Source: Takakia lepidozioides | Lineage: Eukaryota; Plantae; Bryophyta | Assembly: GCA_030704615.1 (NCBI GenBank) | Contig: CM060732.1 | Location: 50,530,001-50,594,000 of the forward strand | Length of the DNA stretch: 64,000 bases | Direction: 5' to 3' | In this document: positions 1 through 12,850 of the stretch, piece by piece | Layout of the letters: each line of letters starts with the position of its first letter | How positions within the stretch are numbered: the stretch's first letter is position 1 | The notes under the pieces: model-generated | Databases searched by the model: none | The model's input: only the letters and a program-made list of their open reading frames with translations | Told to the model about the DNA's origin: nothing | Position numbers and translations under genes: made by a program

Positions 1-2417
1 ACAACTACGGAGAGCCCCCCCCCCCCCATCCCCTCCACTCCACTCCACTCCCACTCCACTCCACTCTACCAACCCTGCTCCCATCCATGAGACAGGGTCA
101 AATCTTGACCACACCCACCTATTCCGGCCCGGCTACCCCCACACCCCGTTGTCCCTAGCTCACCCACCTTCACTCCTAACCCCACACTCTACCAATCATG
201 ACAATCCAGAAGCCTTCATTATTGAAGCTATTTAGGGATCAGAAACTCAAACCTCTATCGATGAGTTTGGCGCCATGCCTTGACACTTTCTATCTATGTA
301 AATGGCTGGCTTTCAACCTTGACCTTCTCCCGCCATTCCATAAAACAACTAAAACCAACTACCTAGCTCATATACACCCAACAACATACTTCCCAACCCA
401 GTGGTTGGAGTTCGATATGTCCAAACCCCTAGTTGCTCCTGAGGTGCATGTATGCATCACGGAAGTAACCCTGACAAAGATATCATGACAATCCCCCCCA
501 TAATACGCTCTGGCAAACGTATGTCCAGTCTATTCGCTCTTTACGGCCGCTACATTGGACTCATTTCCAATGACAGACTCACTTGGCTATGGCACAGATT
601 CTCAAACTCCAACCCGTTACCCAAGCAGGCTAACTGCCCCTAGGCAAGACTTGCTACAGAAGTCTGCTGGTTGTGACCGCTACTAGGTGATACCCCCCCA
701 AAAAAACGAGCAATCCCCACAAGTAACACAAGCCTACTCTCACACCACCCTCCCACTTGACATCCTAGCATTTCTTATAACTCTTTTCACTCACACACTT
801 TTATTACTCTAGCCCGCTCACATGCCCGATGGAGCTCTCGTCATACTCTAGCCCCCACCCCCGGGATTGTATATTTGGAGCCACACAACATACATGGACT
901 GGTTGCGGGCTTGTACATCCACCCCCTGGGCTATTCGCGCACGAAGCTCTCCAATGGGCTTGCTCGCGGCCCAATCCTCCCCCTCCTCCGCCGCCACATC
1001 TTCTTCTAACACACCAACAACTGCCTACCTCTAGGCACCCTCTCCTCCACCTCCCCTGAGGTCACACCTTAGCTGCTATGACCCAGTCCAGATCAAATAC
1101 TCTCGCACCCTGCCCCTTCCCAAATACCTAAAACACCAGGAACCCACCATAACCCTAATATTGCCTGTCATCGCACCCCCACCGCTTCCACATTACCCAC
1201 CTTTTCCTTACCGCCTACTCGCCTCCTAACTGAAACGCATGGCATGAAAGCAACTACATTTCATATCCACCCACCCCAACCCGCTACTCCCAGCCCTTAC
1301 CTTAGAATAAACTCAGGTAAAACATGGTCTAAAGCGCTACCCCGTCCCCCCATCTCACTTATTATGCCCGCTCATAGTGAACCCCGGGTATCCCAACATA
1401 TTCTACCTCTTAAGTACCCACCTACCCACTAACACTACACTGATGGATCCCTCATAGCGGGCCCCAGGGTTGGATACGGTATTTACCATGCCGCTACCAA
1501 CCAAGGGATTGCCCCGCGCCTTCCCAGCCCAGCCAACATCCTTCGTGCCGAACTCATGGCCATCCATGATGCCATCATCCAACTCCCCTCACTCCCCCCA
1601 CCCCACTATATCTTTATTGATAGCCTTACCTCACTATTTCTCATCCGTAACCACCTCTCCCGCCCTTCTTCACATCACCACCACCCTGACCGGAACCTCA
1701 TCGCCACCATCGTCCATCTTGCTATCTCCTTGAACCAACCCATCCATCTTCTCAAAGTTCGCTCGCACACTCACTATCAATGCTGGAACCTACCAGGGCA
1801 GGCCCCTGGACCACACTATACCCTCATGGCTACTGCCATGCTCCTGCCGATCACTCCCACCCTGTACATGCCCCGCCAGACTCTGTCCGGACATTCTACT
1901 AGTGCATGGGCTGCCCATAAACGCACCACCGCCTAGCACCCCATCCCCAAACCTCAGCATCACTTTATCGAATTCACATACTGTAATGACCGCTACCCCA
2001 GCTCTTCCACTCTAGAAAAACGTCAAAAATACGCCCCGCTCATCCTCGAAATACGCCGGCGTGGCTGGTCCACAGGCCCCCACTAACTGTCCATACCGCC
2101 AGCACCAGAGGCAGCATCCACAATGCCAGCATCTCTGCTCTTCACGAAAACCTCAAAACTTTCTCCCCCATACACCAAGTGCTTAAAGCAATCCATTTGA
2201 CGGCAATACACTATCTCACTGCTATTATCACTACCAAAAGGCAGCTTGAATCCAGTCTATCCGCTATCTCTTAGGTACCCTCGGATACCCTTCTCCGTGG
2301 TTGCTGGGTGCCCCCTGGGCAACCTCTAGTTTCATAGGGCCCACCCCGAAAGGGGGCAGTAGCCGCGAGGTGAAGTGGCTCTTAGTTACGCCGGCTTCGG
2401 CCGGAGTTATCTCTCTC
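1..2417 (+). mobile_element. Degenerate 3' part of a Dualen/RandI-like non-LTR retrotransposon (methyltransferase-like motif, RNase H, restriction-like endonuclease)
   Basis: RNase H from 1433: HYTDGS..G.G..NILRAELMAI..A..IFIDSLTSL..LLKVRSH. RLE motifs RLCPDILLVHG (~1878) and HFIEFTYCNDR..KRQKYAPL..RRGW (1961-2070). Broken by stops and frameshifts. Ends in a CCGGC-TTCG-GCCGG hairpin and a (CT)n tail. Confidence 0.75.
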
Positions 2418-4044
2418 TGTAGTGCAATATGTGAATTTCAAACCTAACCACATGTCGGGTGTATGAATCATTCACACGTGAACAATTAGTCAAACTCGAC
2501 AACATATTGTTCAAACTTGAGTGTTCATGAACTCATAGTGGATATTGGAGCACTTCCAACCAACTCCCAGTTCAATTTCAATAATGTAAGGGAAGACAAG
2601 TAAGATTCTCATAGCCACAAAAAAAGTGGACTTATTGTAAGGAAGCTCACCGTTATGGTACGTATCCTTCTCTTATGGTCAACATGTCCAGTCGTATAAT
2701 TGACCACCAAACAAAACCCATTGTGACACATCTATGGCTTATTGCACCCTTCATGAAAAGAAAGACGTGTAAACTATACTACATTTTCTATGGTTGAAGG
2801 TGTGGCATAAATGAAAAAACCTTCGACATTTCTTGGCACATTTAGTTTGTAAAGGGCTTATGAGGTATAGTCATTAATTAGGCTTTGTGGGGTATGTGGA
2901 GGGAGCTTCTGGCCTCCCATATCTGTTCTACAAATGCCTTACTACTTTGGTGTGAATGTTCACCCTAGTATTCAAAACCCAAGGTGATAGTTTAGATTGG
3001 CTCAAACTCAATAAAGGGGTGCTGTGAGATTCTGTTTGTGCTGTCTTAAGCAGCATATCCAATGCAAAGTAGGGGTGAGAGAAACAAGAGAAAATATGAG
3101 TTCATACATCTAGTGTGAAGATTAAATATAATTTTGACTTCCAGCCCAATTCTCTTACCGAGCTTGGAGTGTACCAGAACCGTGACGACATTAAAGGAAC
3201 TTGAAGATGTGGAAGTACTAATAAACAATCGTGTTTTGCAACAACAGTTTAGTGGACCAATGGTGCATGCCAAGTGCATTGACAAGCATGGTTAGAAGAA
3301 GCACGGTGAGGAGAATACGGCATATGGTGTGGCCTCTCATCTTAACAAATAGGGCATTCAAAGACCATCGTCCTTCAGATCGCCAAATAGCTCCCAAATC
3401 TTGGGGGAAGAACGCAGCTTGCAGAGTGCGGAGAGCGGATTCGGGCTGGTCTAGAGAATGCCGAGAGCGCCTGGCAGGTTGTTTCATCATAAAAAGCAAG
3501 CCAGAGGTGGAGGCCCAGGTGGGCCAGCCTTCTAGTGAACTGTGGTGAAGAGAGCCTTGCTTTGGTGGGCACCGAATGTGTTCTTCAGTGTCGCCCGAAC
3601 GCGCACAGGGCACCAGTTCGGTTTGGTGGTGGTCTCGGATTTCTTGAGAGGGGACATGGACCGTAAAGACCATTCTAAAAACATCAAAAGAGAGCTTAAA
3701 AGACACACACTGACGTGCTTGTAAAGCCTATTGACAGAGCGTAGGAGAAAGTAGAGAGACCTCCTCGCGACAGCAGAGTAGATGGACGCAGGGGCCATGG
3801 CGGCAGCCGCGTCCACAGTTAGAAACCAGGCAAAGTAAGAAAGAGAGCAAAATAACACGTAAAGGCTAAATTTTTAGCGGAACCCTAAGGAGAAAGTCAA
3901 GGTTAAAGAGTTTGGCAACGAAAACTGTAAGAGGGCGGAGCTCCTCCCAATCGCGGTTTTTCCCCGAAGGAAGCGTAACTTATGGAGTCACTTCACCCCG
4001 AAGGACTACTGCCTTCCGCTAGGAAGGTGTACTATTGCACTACA
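2418..4044. mobile_element. TG...CA-bounded element (solo LTR or TIR element)
   Basis: TGTAGTGCAATA at 2418-2429 and its exact reverse complement TATTGCACTACA at 4033-4044. No clear TSD. Confidence 0.4.
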
Positions 4045-4544
4045 TAGGACAAGGTAACAAGATTTGAGCCCCAAACCACATGAAAATTGAAAAGCTATAA
4101 AACATTCAAAAGGTTCATTAAAATCAAAAGTTGGCTTGGATCTAGGGTTGTGGCCAATGAGGTTTGCGCGTGAGTAAAGGACTCGGACTTGGTGTTTCTT
4201 TCATTGTGCGCCACCAGCTTTGTCTTCTTAGTCTTCCCGTTTCCTAATGGATTGGGGTGTTTTCACACTATAAAGCTGGGCAACGAAACTCTGGGTTTCT
4301 GCTGAATCGCAGTAACGGAAGCCCGAGCTTGGCTAGGTGGTGATCTGCATCTACACCATTCCAGGGAGAATATACAAGATTGCTTCTTATGACAGAACAC
4401 TTCATATATGCTAGATTGGCCAGCGTGTTGTCTGTGACATGTGTGCAAGGGCAAGTTTTGTGGATTCCAGTTTTGTCACCCTCAACCATAGAAATTGACC
4501 TTTGGAGCATGTTGTGGCCTTGCATATTATAAGACCGATCACCG

Positions 4545-4710
4545 TTCAGATGCGGGCACCGCCCCCATGTTTAAAAAGATGGATCCAGAACCGGATGAAA
4601 CCGGAACCAGATCCGGAACCCTCTCTTAAAATAATTATGGAACCGGAATTGAAGGTTCCTTCAGAAATACAAGAACCGCCCAACACCACCCAACACCGCC
4701 CAACAACTTC
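4545..4710 (-). mobile_element. Partial inverted copy of the hAT MITE end at 6914-7030
   Basis: GAACCGG motifs and GAAGGTTCCTTCAGAAATACAAGAACCGCCCAACAC match the reverse complement of the left end of the 6914 element. Confidence 0.7.
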
Positions 4711-5822
4711 CAAAAAAGAAAAATAAAGAAAGAAAAGATCTGACTCTCTTTTCTTTGTCCAACTATGACAAAATTTCAGGCGCTTTGCTTGGTTTGCTGT
4801 TCACAGAGAATTTACCAAAACACCAAGGAAAACTGATTGCTCGGGATTTTGTTTCAACCGGACTCTCATCTATATCTGAATTCCAGCCAAGGCCCTATTC
4901 TTATTCCACTTCCCTCATTTACAAATTCACAGATCGATCAAGTGATCGTCACTCCTACTCTGGCCTGATTCCTTGTTCAAAAGATCTCCCTGTCAACCTA
5001 TGTACTCATCTCATGCCATTCTATCTATGCACAGTACTGGACTACGATGTCCAGTCCACCCCTCCACCACACCGTGCATCAACACATTCTATCACCATAG
5101 ACCAGTGCAGATCGATCTTTTTTCTTCTTCTCACGACCTCTTTTCTGCTCACCAAAAAGCACAGCATTGGCCACGTCCGGTCCGCCCAGCCACCACGCCA
5201 TGCTACGCTAGTTTCCTGTCAATACAGATCTGCTCTAGATGCCTGTACACCATCATTCTTTTCTCTTCTCCACTCTTGCCATCTCTAAGCCCACTTTTTA
5301 TAAATCCCTAATCGTGGATCTGTTCGTGAACGCGAGCCTGCTCCATTCGACCTGCAACTGTCAGTTCGGCGGTCTTCTAGCAGTCACTTGCTTCGCCAAA
5401 CTGGTCGACAGGTCTCGATCTTTGTTCAAGGCACCTAACAAACTCCCCCTCCCAAAGACATGTCATTGTCCTCAATGACAGAAAATGAGGGGTAACTCAA
5501 ATGCCCTGTCTATGAGGAAACAAAGTAGGTATCATTAATGTTATTTTACAAGATGGGGATAGATTCAGAGTGAGGGGGTCCACGAAAACAGTTTTCCATG
5601 GAATCCACGACAATGTGGACTTCTGTAGGCCCACCTGGGCGACATAGTTGTATCATTTTTGTTAGTAACTAGAGGTGGTTTTTTCGCAAGCATACGGTCG
5701 TAATTTCCAGTGACATATTCTGCATTTGGAATACGTCGCTGGAAATTCTACCCACGTATTCCAAATTCTATCTTTGATGCAAGTGAATAGAATTTTTGCG
5801 CTTCATGACAGTTCAGCAGCTA

Positions 5823-6336
5823 CCGTCCCTGGACAACTGTTTAGGCATTTTTGCGCCTAATAATAAATTCAATCAATAAGAAAATTGGGCACGTTTTGAA
5901 AACCATTTCTAACATTAGGCATCTTCATGCTATAATTTCTTAGAATTAGGCGAGAAAACAGTTATTTTCTTAAGAATAAATTACAAAATAGACACCCAAT
6001 GCCCATGGGCCCAACTACCTTTCATTTCCTTTGAAATCTTAATATGATGACATTGTGGAGTCCATGTAAGGGCCTTTCAAAGTTACATGGAGCTCTCGCA
6101 AATAGATTCCGATTTGTAGGAAGTTATTTCCGCATGCATATATTTGTATTGATTTTTGTTCAATACTACAAACAACATGAGAAGCGGCATGAGAAGAGGT
6201 TTGCAAGGAATATTTGGGCAATAGGCACTTTGGTCCCATAGATTCCGAACAATTAGGCCAAAATCTGAAAAACTCACAGATTTGGTTAGGCACTTTCATT
6301 TTGAATTAATTATCGCCTAAACGGTTGTCCAGACGG
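5823..6336. mobile_element. Tc1/mariner-type MITE
   Basis: TIRs CCGTC(CC)TGGACAACYGTTTAGGC at both ends, each flanked by TA (5821-5822, 6337-6338). No coding capacity. Confidence 0.75.
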
Positions 6337-6573
6337 TATGGGCTTTTTCAAGTCAATTCACATCTTACCCCCTATAAAAAGACTATAAAGTAAAGTAAAG
6401 TTTGTTGGATGCTCTTTATTCTACTTAAAGAAAGACCACGCATCAGTTTCAAAAATCACAAAGTCCCTGTTGTGCCTTTCCCTAGCTGTCACCTCCTCTT
6501 CTTTGCTGAAAACTACTTCCATGATGTGTCTTCTCCAATAACGCCTCCCTTAGTAACATGTTTGTTGTTGAAC

Positions 6574-6790
6574 AACTTATGAAAAATAAATGGATGAATT
6601 TTCAAGTTTAGTATAGATGAAAGTAGAATCCACTATTCACATAGGAAACTTATGAAAAATAAATGGATAAATTTTCAAGCTTAATATAGATGAAAGTAGA
6701 TTCCACTATTCACAGAGGAAACTTATGAAAAATAAATGGATGAATTTTCAAGCTTAGTATAGATAAAAGTAGATTCCACTATTCACAAAG
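6574..6790 (+). repeat. Tandem repeat, 3 x 73 bp
   Basis: AACTTATGAAAAATAAATGGATGAATTTTCAAG...CCACTATTCAC starts at 6574, 6647 and 6720. Confidence 0.9.
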
Positions 6791-6913
6791 AGGCCATAGG
6801 CGACTAGCCACTTGTTTAACATCTCGTATCTCATGAATATACCATAGCCTACTGCTCAACACACAGGCCCATGGAGGGGGGGACGGTAGAAGGCACATGT
6901 TGAAGGATTGAAC

Positions 6914-7699
6914 CAGTGTTGGGCGGTTCTTGCATTTGTGAAGGAACCTTCGGTTCCGGTTCCACAATTATTTCAAGAGACGGTTCCGGATCCAACTTTT
7001 AAACATGGGGGCGGTTCCGGTTACCGGTTAGTTGCTGATTAAAAACCATCGGTTCCAGTTAGGTTCCGGTTCTATTTTAAAAATATATTTGTTTAATTTA
7101 ATTAGATTTAAAATATTCTATCAGTCTGGTAGATTAAATAGCAGTGTATTCACATATTTGAACTAAAATCCAACGATTTTGTTAGTTTTCACTAACACAA
7201 AAAAACAAACAAAAATACTCTAAATAAATTGGTAGAAGAAAATGGGTAAAATTTTATGGGTTGAAAGTACTATTCAGCTACCTGGCAAGTATTGGCATCT
7301 TCAAACATTTTATTAATGAACTTAGCCAGGATATCATGGAGCTGGAGATTGAACCCAAGATCTCATGGCGCTGAATCATTGAACATAGAATCTCATGGCC
7401 TTCAAGCATTGAACCCAGGATCTTAGGAGCTTGAGAGCATTAAATAAGTTTTGCCCTGGGCCCACCAGCCCCACCAAGGGGTCAAGAACGAAACCTGTTT
7501 TTATCCCCTTGCCCCTGGTTCTCTCAGGTTCTCACACCCAGCACGAACCGTTTGGTTCTGCGCCGAACCGTTTGGTTCTGCGCCTATCCCCATTGGCAGG
7601 TTCCGGTTCCTGGTCAGGTTCTGTAGGAATGGGCCCGGGTTCCAGTTTAACCTGAACCGGCGGGTAACCTGGGTCCCGGCGGGTAACCGCCCAACACTG
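6914..7699. mobile_element. Non-autonomous hAT element (MITE)
   Basis: 15-bp TIR CAGTGTTGGGCGGTT / AACCGCCCAACACTG, perfect 8-bp TSD GATTGAAC (6906-6913, 7700-7707), subterminal GGTTCC repeats. Confidence 0.92.
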
Positions 7700-8368
7700 G
7701 ATTGAACCAAGGATCACCTAGGTTATGCACAAGCAAGGCACGAATACCACCGGGCTACCTGCTCAAGCCACTGTCCAAATATCCCAATGCCCTACTTAAA
7801 GGAGTTTGCTTGCTGCTTCTGTCGTATATAAACTCCGTTTGCTCATCGGATTCTGCGGTGGCGAAATGGGCGATTAGACTTCTGTACAGAACTGTTCCAG
7901 GTCAGATGGTGCGGGGGACCCGACAGAATGGCAGGTGCGAGGCCCGTTCCAAAACCTGCGTGTCGCGTCCAGCCCCAGTCAAGACAGTTACAGTTGGCAG
8001 ACAAAAAGCACCAGGGGGTGGATGAGTTCGTACACCGCAGATGAAAGTGGGGGAAACTCGGCGTCAGTGGATGATGAGAAATACGGATCCGCCGGCGGCG
8101 TCGACGGCAGCGCAGGTCCCGGTCCCGGCGACCCCGTGTGCCACAGTCCCGTCGCTTTATTCGTTCGTCGGGCCCGCCGGAGTCCGTAAATACCGCTGTA
8201 CGTGGTTAAATATAGTCTAGCTACAATACAGGACGGTGTCGTATACTGTGCTGCCCGGACACGGATCAAGTGGAATTGGGAAGAGCGCCTGCGAGCGAGA
8301 GCGGGAGAGAGGGAGAGAGAGACGAGAGAGGGAGAGTGGGGATCGGAGAGATCGGAGAGGCTGGGAGT

Positions 8369-11251
8369 ATGAGCTACTTGGCAGTGTCGCAGGAAAAATC
8401 TGCGCGTGGTAGCTCCAGGAAGAATGGAAGAAAATTTGCGTTGCCTTCTTTTCAGACTTTGAAGGTGTGGTGCAATAGAGTATGCTCGAAGGGTGGCGCT
8501 GGAAATCGGTACGGTGATCCTTTTTGGGTGGTTGATGTCGATTCTGTAATAGTGGAGTAGTTTGAATTCAGTGTGTCAGGTGGTTTGGTTGGTAAGTTAA
8601 GGCTGTTTCTCTGTGGGGGTGGTCTGCATGGAGTCTGGGTTGTGGGTGTTGGTGATACACATACCGATTGTGTATCTTCTTGGATAATTGAAGACAAGCT
8701 CACTAGTCTCACGATAATCACTACCAGTCATTTTTGTTTGGCATGCGGTATTTAGCGTCCAACTGAAGTCACGGTAAGTCGTGCTTTAGAATATGTTTGT
8801 GGCTGGAGGTTACCGGGAGCTGTAATTGGAGAGATCTCCAATGTTAGGGTTGTTTTGGTTGGAAATTTGAGCAATGCAGAGTGAGTTGTCCTCGTCCGTC
8901 GCTTCGTCTCTGTGAGCCCGGGGTGGAAAGTGGATTTGTTTGTTTTTCCGCTTCCAAAGAACTGTTTCCCCTCCGTTCTTGCCTTTACTTTCTTGCTTGA
9001 GTATGGTCTGTACGACTAGCACTTCAGACACCTGCGAGATAGGTTCTAAACGTATATTTGACAATTCAGCTTTTTTGTCCCGTGATTTCAGAATCAGACT
9101 TCGTAGTAACCAGACATTGCGTTGCAAGAAGTGGTCACAACTTCATAGATGACTAGTTTGGGTTGGTCAATATAACGGAATCTAATAGTGATCAGTTGCC
9201 TTGCGCGCATAGGCCAGTCCAGTAGCAACCAGCGTTGGCACCCGTTCAAAATTGCAAAACCTTTTCTTGACGCACGTTAAGCCATTTTCTGGTGGCAGAG
9301 TTAAGTATGTCAGGGTCAGTTTCTAGCCCTTTCCTCTCTCTTTCTACTCTGGTCGTCTCTCTCGTTGTTTTCGATGCCTGAACCAGCACGACTTCTGTGG
9401 TTAGTACTTATTTGTTCATTGGGCGGCCAGACGAATTAGCTGTTCCTCAGTAGTGGGATCTTTTGGGTTTGTTGTAAGGTCAGCATCTGCTGCAGTAGTT
9501 GGTGGAGCATCCATCTGCGTTCTTATGTGAAACAAGGTCCGACGTGGAGCCTTATGAAGTTGGTTTAATGAAGTCGGTCATCTGTTGAAGAGGAGGATGC
9601 AAGAAAATGCATCTCAGAGAGAGAATGCTGTTTAATTTTTGGTTTTGCTCTGTGCATAAACCAATACCCACTCCCGGAAGCTGATGAAGTTCGCAGAGAA
9701 GTGATGGTGGCTTGTCACTACCATACTTGTTTCTCGTTGGTGCATGGATTGTTGAGAGAGGGTCGCCAAGTCTATACCAGAATTCTCAGTTTACAGGTTC
9801 AAGAAACGTTCGTTGTTTTTCTTTTCTTCGCTGTTTGTTTCTGGTTTTCTCCTCTGAAATCCCCTCTGATCATAGATCAGATCTTCTCAGTACTTCTTAT
9901 TTGGCTACCTTTAGTTATAAGTACGGAGATATTCCGATACTAAGAAGGATAGGTCTCACTATTCACATGGAGGAGCCATGCCACGACTAGCCGCTTGTTA
10001 CTAGTTGGATCCCCAATTGTTTCTTAATGTGAAACTGTGGTTTGTTATAGATCTAGACCCACAGTGTTGGGAGTCGGAAGGACTACAACAGAGGCTGGGA
10101 AGCAAGTGGAGAAGTCTGCGCAGGATTTGAGCAAGCTACTATGGATGCAGGGAGTTGGTTTGGATGAGTTGTTGTGGGGTGAATTGCCTCCCGAGCTCCT
10201 GGAACGGGTTCTTGCATTCTTACCGTTTCCAAACCTCTTTCGCCTCAGGACAGTTTGCAAGCGGTGGTTCTCCCTCATCCTTTCCCCCCAGTTTTGTCAG
10301 ACCTTCCAAGAGGTTCCCTCGTCTTGGCCCTCCTATTGTCCTGTCCGGTACAATGTCAAACAGGCAGAAAATGGGAAGTTTCACTGGTCAGCATACTGTA
10401 AGGACTCAAACACATGGCAAGAGATGCCACCACTCTCTCTTCCTTGTCTTGCAGGGAAACAGGTTGGATCTGGAGCTGGGGGACTCTTGTGTTTCTACAA
10501 TCGAGATAGTCTGGGTAAGCTCATTGTGTGCAATCCACTGACCCAGAGTTGGAAAGAACTGCCACCTATGAACCAAAAGTGGCGCTGGCCGAGTGTGACA
10601 CACATGGTAATGGATGCAAATACCAAAGCCTATAAGATCATTGTGGCTGGCAATGAGGCTTACCCTCGGAACAGCAACACATCAAAGAGCACGGAGGTCT
10701 ATGATTCAGTATCAAATACATGGGAGATCACCGGAAGTTTTCCTGAAGACCTCTACTTTGGTACTCAGGATGCTACCCTCCATAATGGGCTCCTTTACTG
10801 TACGGCTACAAAAGAAACATTTGATGAACGTGTAACATATGAGACATTGGTAGCATACGATGTGCAACGAGGCGTATGGATGGAGGTTTCATCACAACTT
10901 CCTTGTGAGGCTGGGTATGAAGCCCCCTTAATTTGTGGGGACCGGGTGGTGATGGTGGTAGCACCTTTTGATGCTGATGGCCCTGTTGGCAGGTTCTATG
11001 TGCTGGATATGGACACGAAAAGTTGGACTCCACTAACCACAATGCCAGATTCCATGCATAAAAACTTGGGATATTGGGGTGTTTGTGTTGCTCATGGGGA
11101 TCAAATCCATGTGGTTGCTGATACAAGTAGGCTAGTGGTGGTCTATGACATGGCTGAAGGATCATGGAGAGAGCTACCTGCCCGAGCTGCACGCACATTC
11201 CACTTCATCACTCCCTTTTCCTTCCAACCTGATTTGGATGCCACTCCATAA
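8369..11251 (+). CDS. F-box/kelch-repeat protein; probable join(8369..8508,10051..11251), alternative start at ATG 10145
   Basis: F-box LWGELPPELLERVLAFLP..LFRLRTVCKRW, then kelch/FBA-type motifs GGLLC, LIVCNPLTQSWKELP, YKIIVAG, EVYDS..NTW. Donor CG|GTACGG and acceptor TTATAG|A join in frame. GA-rich 5'UTR at 8290-8360. Confidence 0.88.
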
Positions 11252-12618
11252 GGCATATAGACTTCACATGAGATCTGCCATGGGGTTGTACTTTTGGATC
11301 ATTCATAATCAGGTTGATCTAACGCACAAAAGATTGCTAGTCTAGGCACCTTTTGGATCAAAAGTGTGTCCATCACTTAAAATCTGTCATTGGACCTTGC
11401 AGTCGGTTTTAGGTGCTAATCTGGGAGAGTACAGGGCGTTATGGTGGAGGAGGCTTGGGTTTTTAGACTCGTTGTAATCTCCAAGGTAGATGAAGTACGT
11501 CGTCAGCTGTGTTTTTGTCTGACCAACTACAGAGATGACAGCGGTTGGAGAATATGATGAACAGATATTTGGTCCTTACAGCCAGAGAGACAGCAGTGGC
11601 AGTTGTAGAAGACAGGTTTTCAAAAGATGCTTGCAGAATCCAGGGCAACCAAGAGCCTCCTTTTTCCATCTAGGGGTTCCAAAGTGGGTTGTGTTGTCTG
11701 TACATTACAAACAATTTTGTGATGATTAATTGAAGGGAAGGAGATTCTGTGGTATTATTGCATCAGGTTGAAGATTGCATCAGGTTGAAGACTTCCCTTT
11801 CTGTCAAATTTGATACAAGATTATCAATGGTGCATGCACCAATTCAGACATATGTCCAAGAGAGGGGGTCCACAAGATCCCTATGGTGTTTGTGGGTGCG
11901 TGGGAATATAATGTGTATCGCCAAAAGAACCTCGTTATTTCTAGAATATTCAAGCTTGTCCACATGATTTGAAGGCCTAAACAAGCTGGAGTTGGGCCCA
12001 GCCAATATGTAAGCATCCATTGGTAGGAGTGGGAAACGCTCATACTGCGGTTAGGCTTGTTCATTCAAAAGTGGCCTCTTGAACACGAAGTAATCTATTC
12101 CACAATTTGTTGGGAGAATCTTGAGGGGTGAACATGATAGAAGGAATTGTGCTGCTAGAGTTGTGAAGAATTTGTTACAAATTAGAAAGTGTATTTTAAT
12201 TAGTTGGCAATTTTTTCAGTAACAACAGTACAGCTTTTTAATCAGCCAGACTTGATGTTATAGATGCTTGTAGTCTAATGATATTAGATACTAGAAACAG
12301 GACTAAACAAGTGTCTAGTCACATAATGGCTCCTCTTTGGTAGATAAAATCCACTTTCATACATAATTACTTAAAAATCCATACAATTATTCATGGGCGA
12401 AGTAGCTGACAACAAAATGGCAAGACGATTTTTACTAGGTACATTTTCTAGATTGGATCTTCTTTATAAAACCCTTTGTTACTTTTATTGTGATAGAGGA
12501 TCGAACATTGATGCATCATCTATGGAAGTGTACTGTTCTTGTATGCTTTCCTGTGCAACTGGAGCTGGGAATACTGCAAGTATAGGGGGGCCAGTAGTAG
12601 GGCTCAGGGGCCAACACC

Positions 12619-12850
12619 ATGTATGAGTTCCACCACTACAACAGCAGTCCTCAAGGACCAGCACCAACAGGAGGACCAGCACCTGTCAGAGGGCAGGGTG
12701 TAAGGCCACAGATGGCGGTACCTCCAACACGGGCAAAGCCACATTTTCCAACATATGCAGGAAAAAAGGATCCTAATGTACACATGAGCCAATTTGAGCA
12801 CATGTGTATTGTGAACAATGAGAATAATGATGATGGCTAAAGAGAACTAT
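12619..12850 (+). mobile_element. Ty3/gypsy gag fragment
   Basis: KPHFPTYAGKKDPNVHMSQFEHMCIVN resembles the retrotransposon gag N-terminal motif (Y.G..DP..H...F). Truncated. Confidence 0.5.

Noticed and set aside
4755-5478. 177-aa and overlapping ORFs
   Set aside because: Pyrimidine-rich, no recognisable motif and no coherent splice structure.
6574-6790. CRISPR-like array (also considered for 29668-29952)
   Set aside because: The units are contiguous tandem repeats with no unique spacers, there are no cas genes, and the context is eukaryotic.
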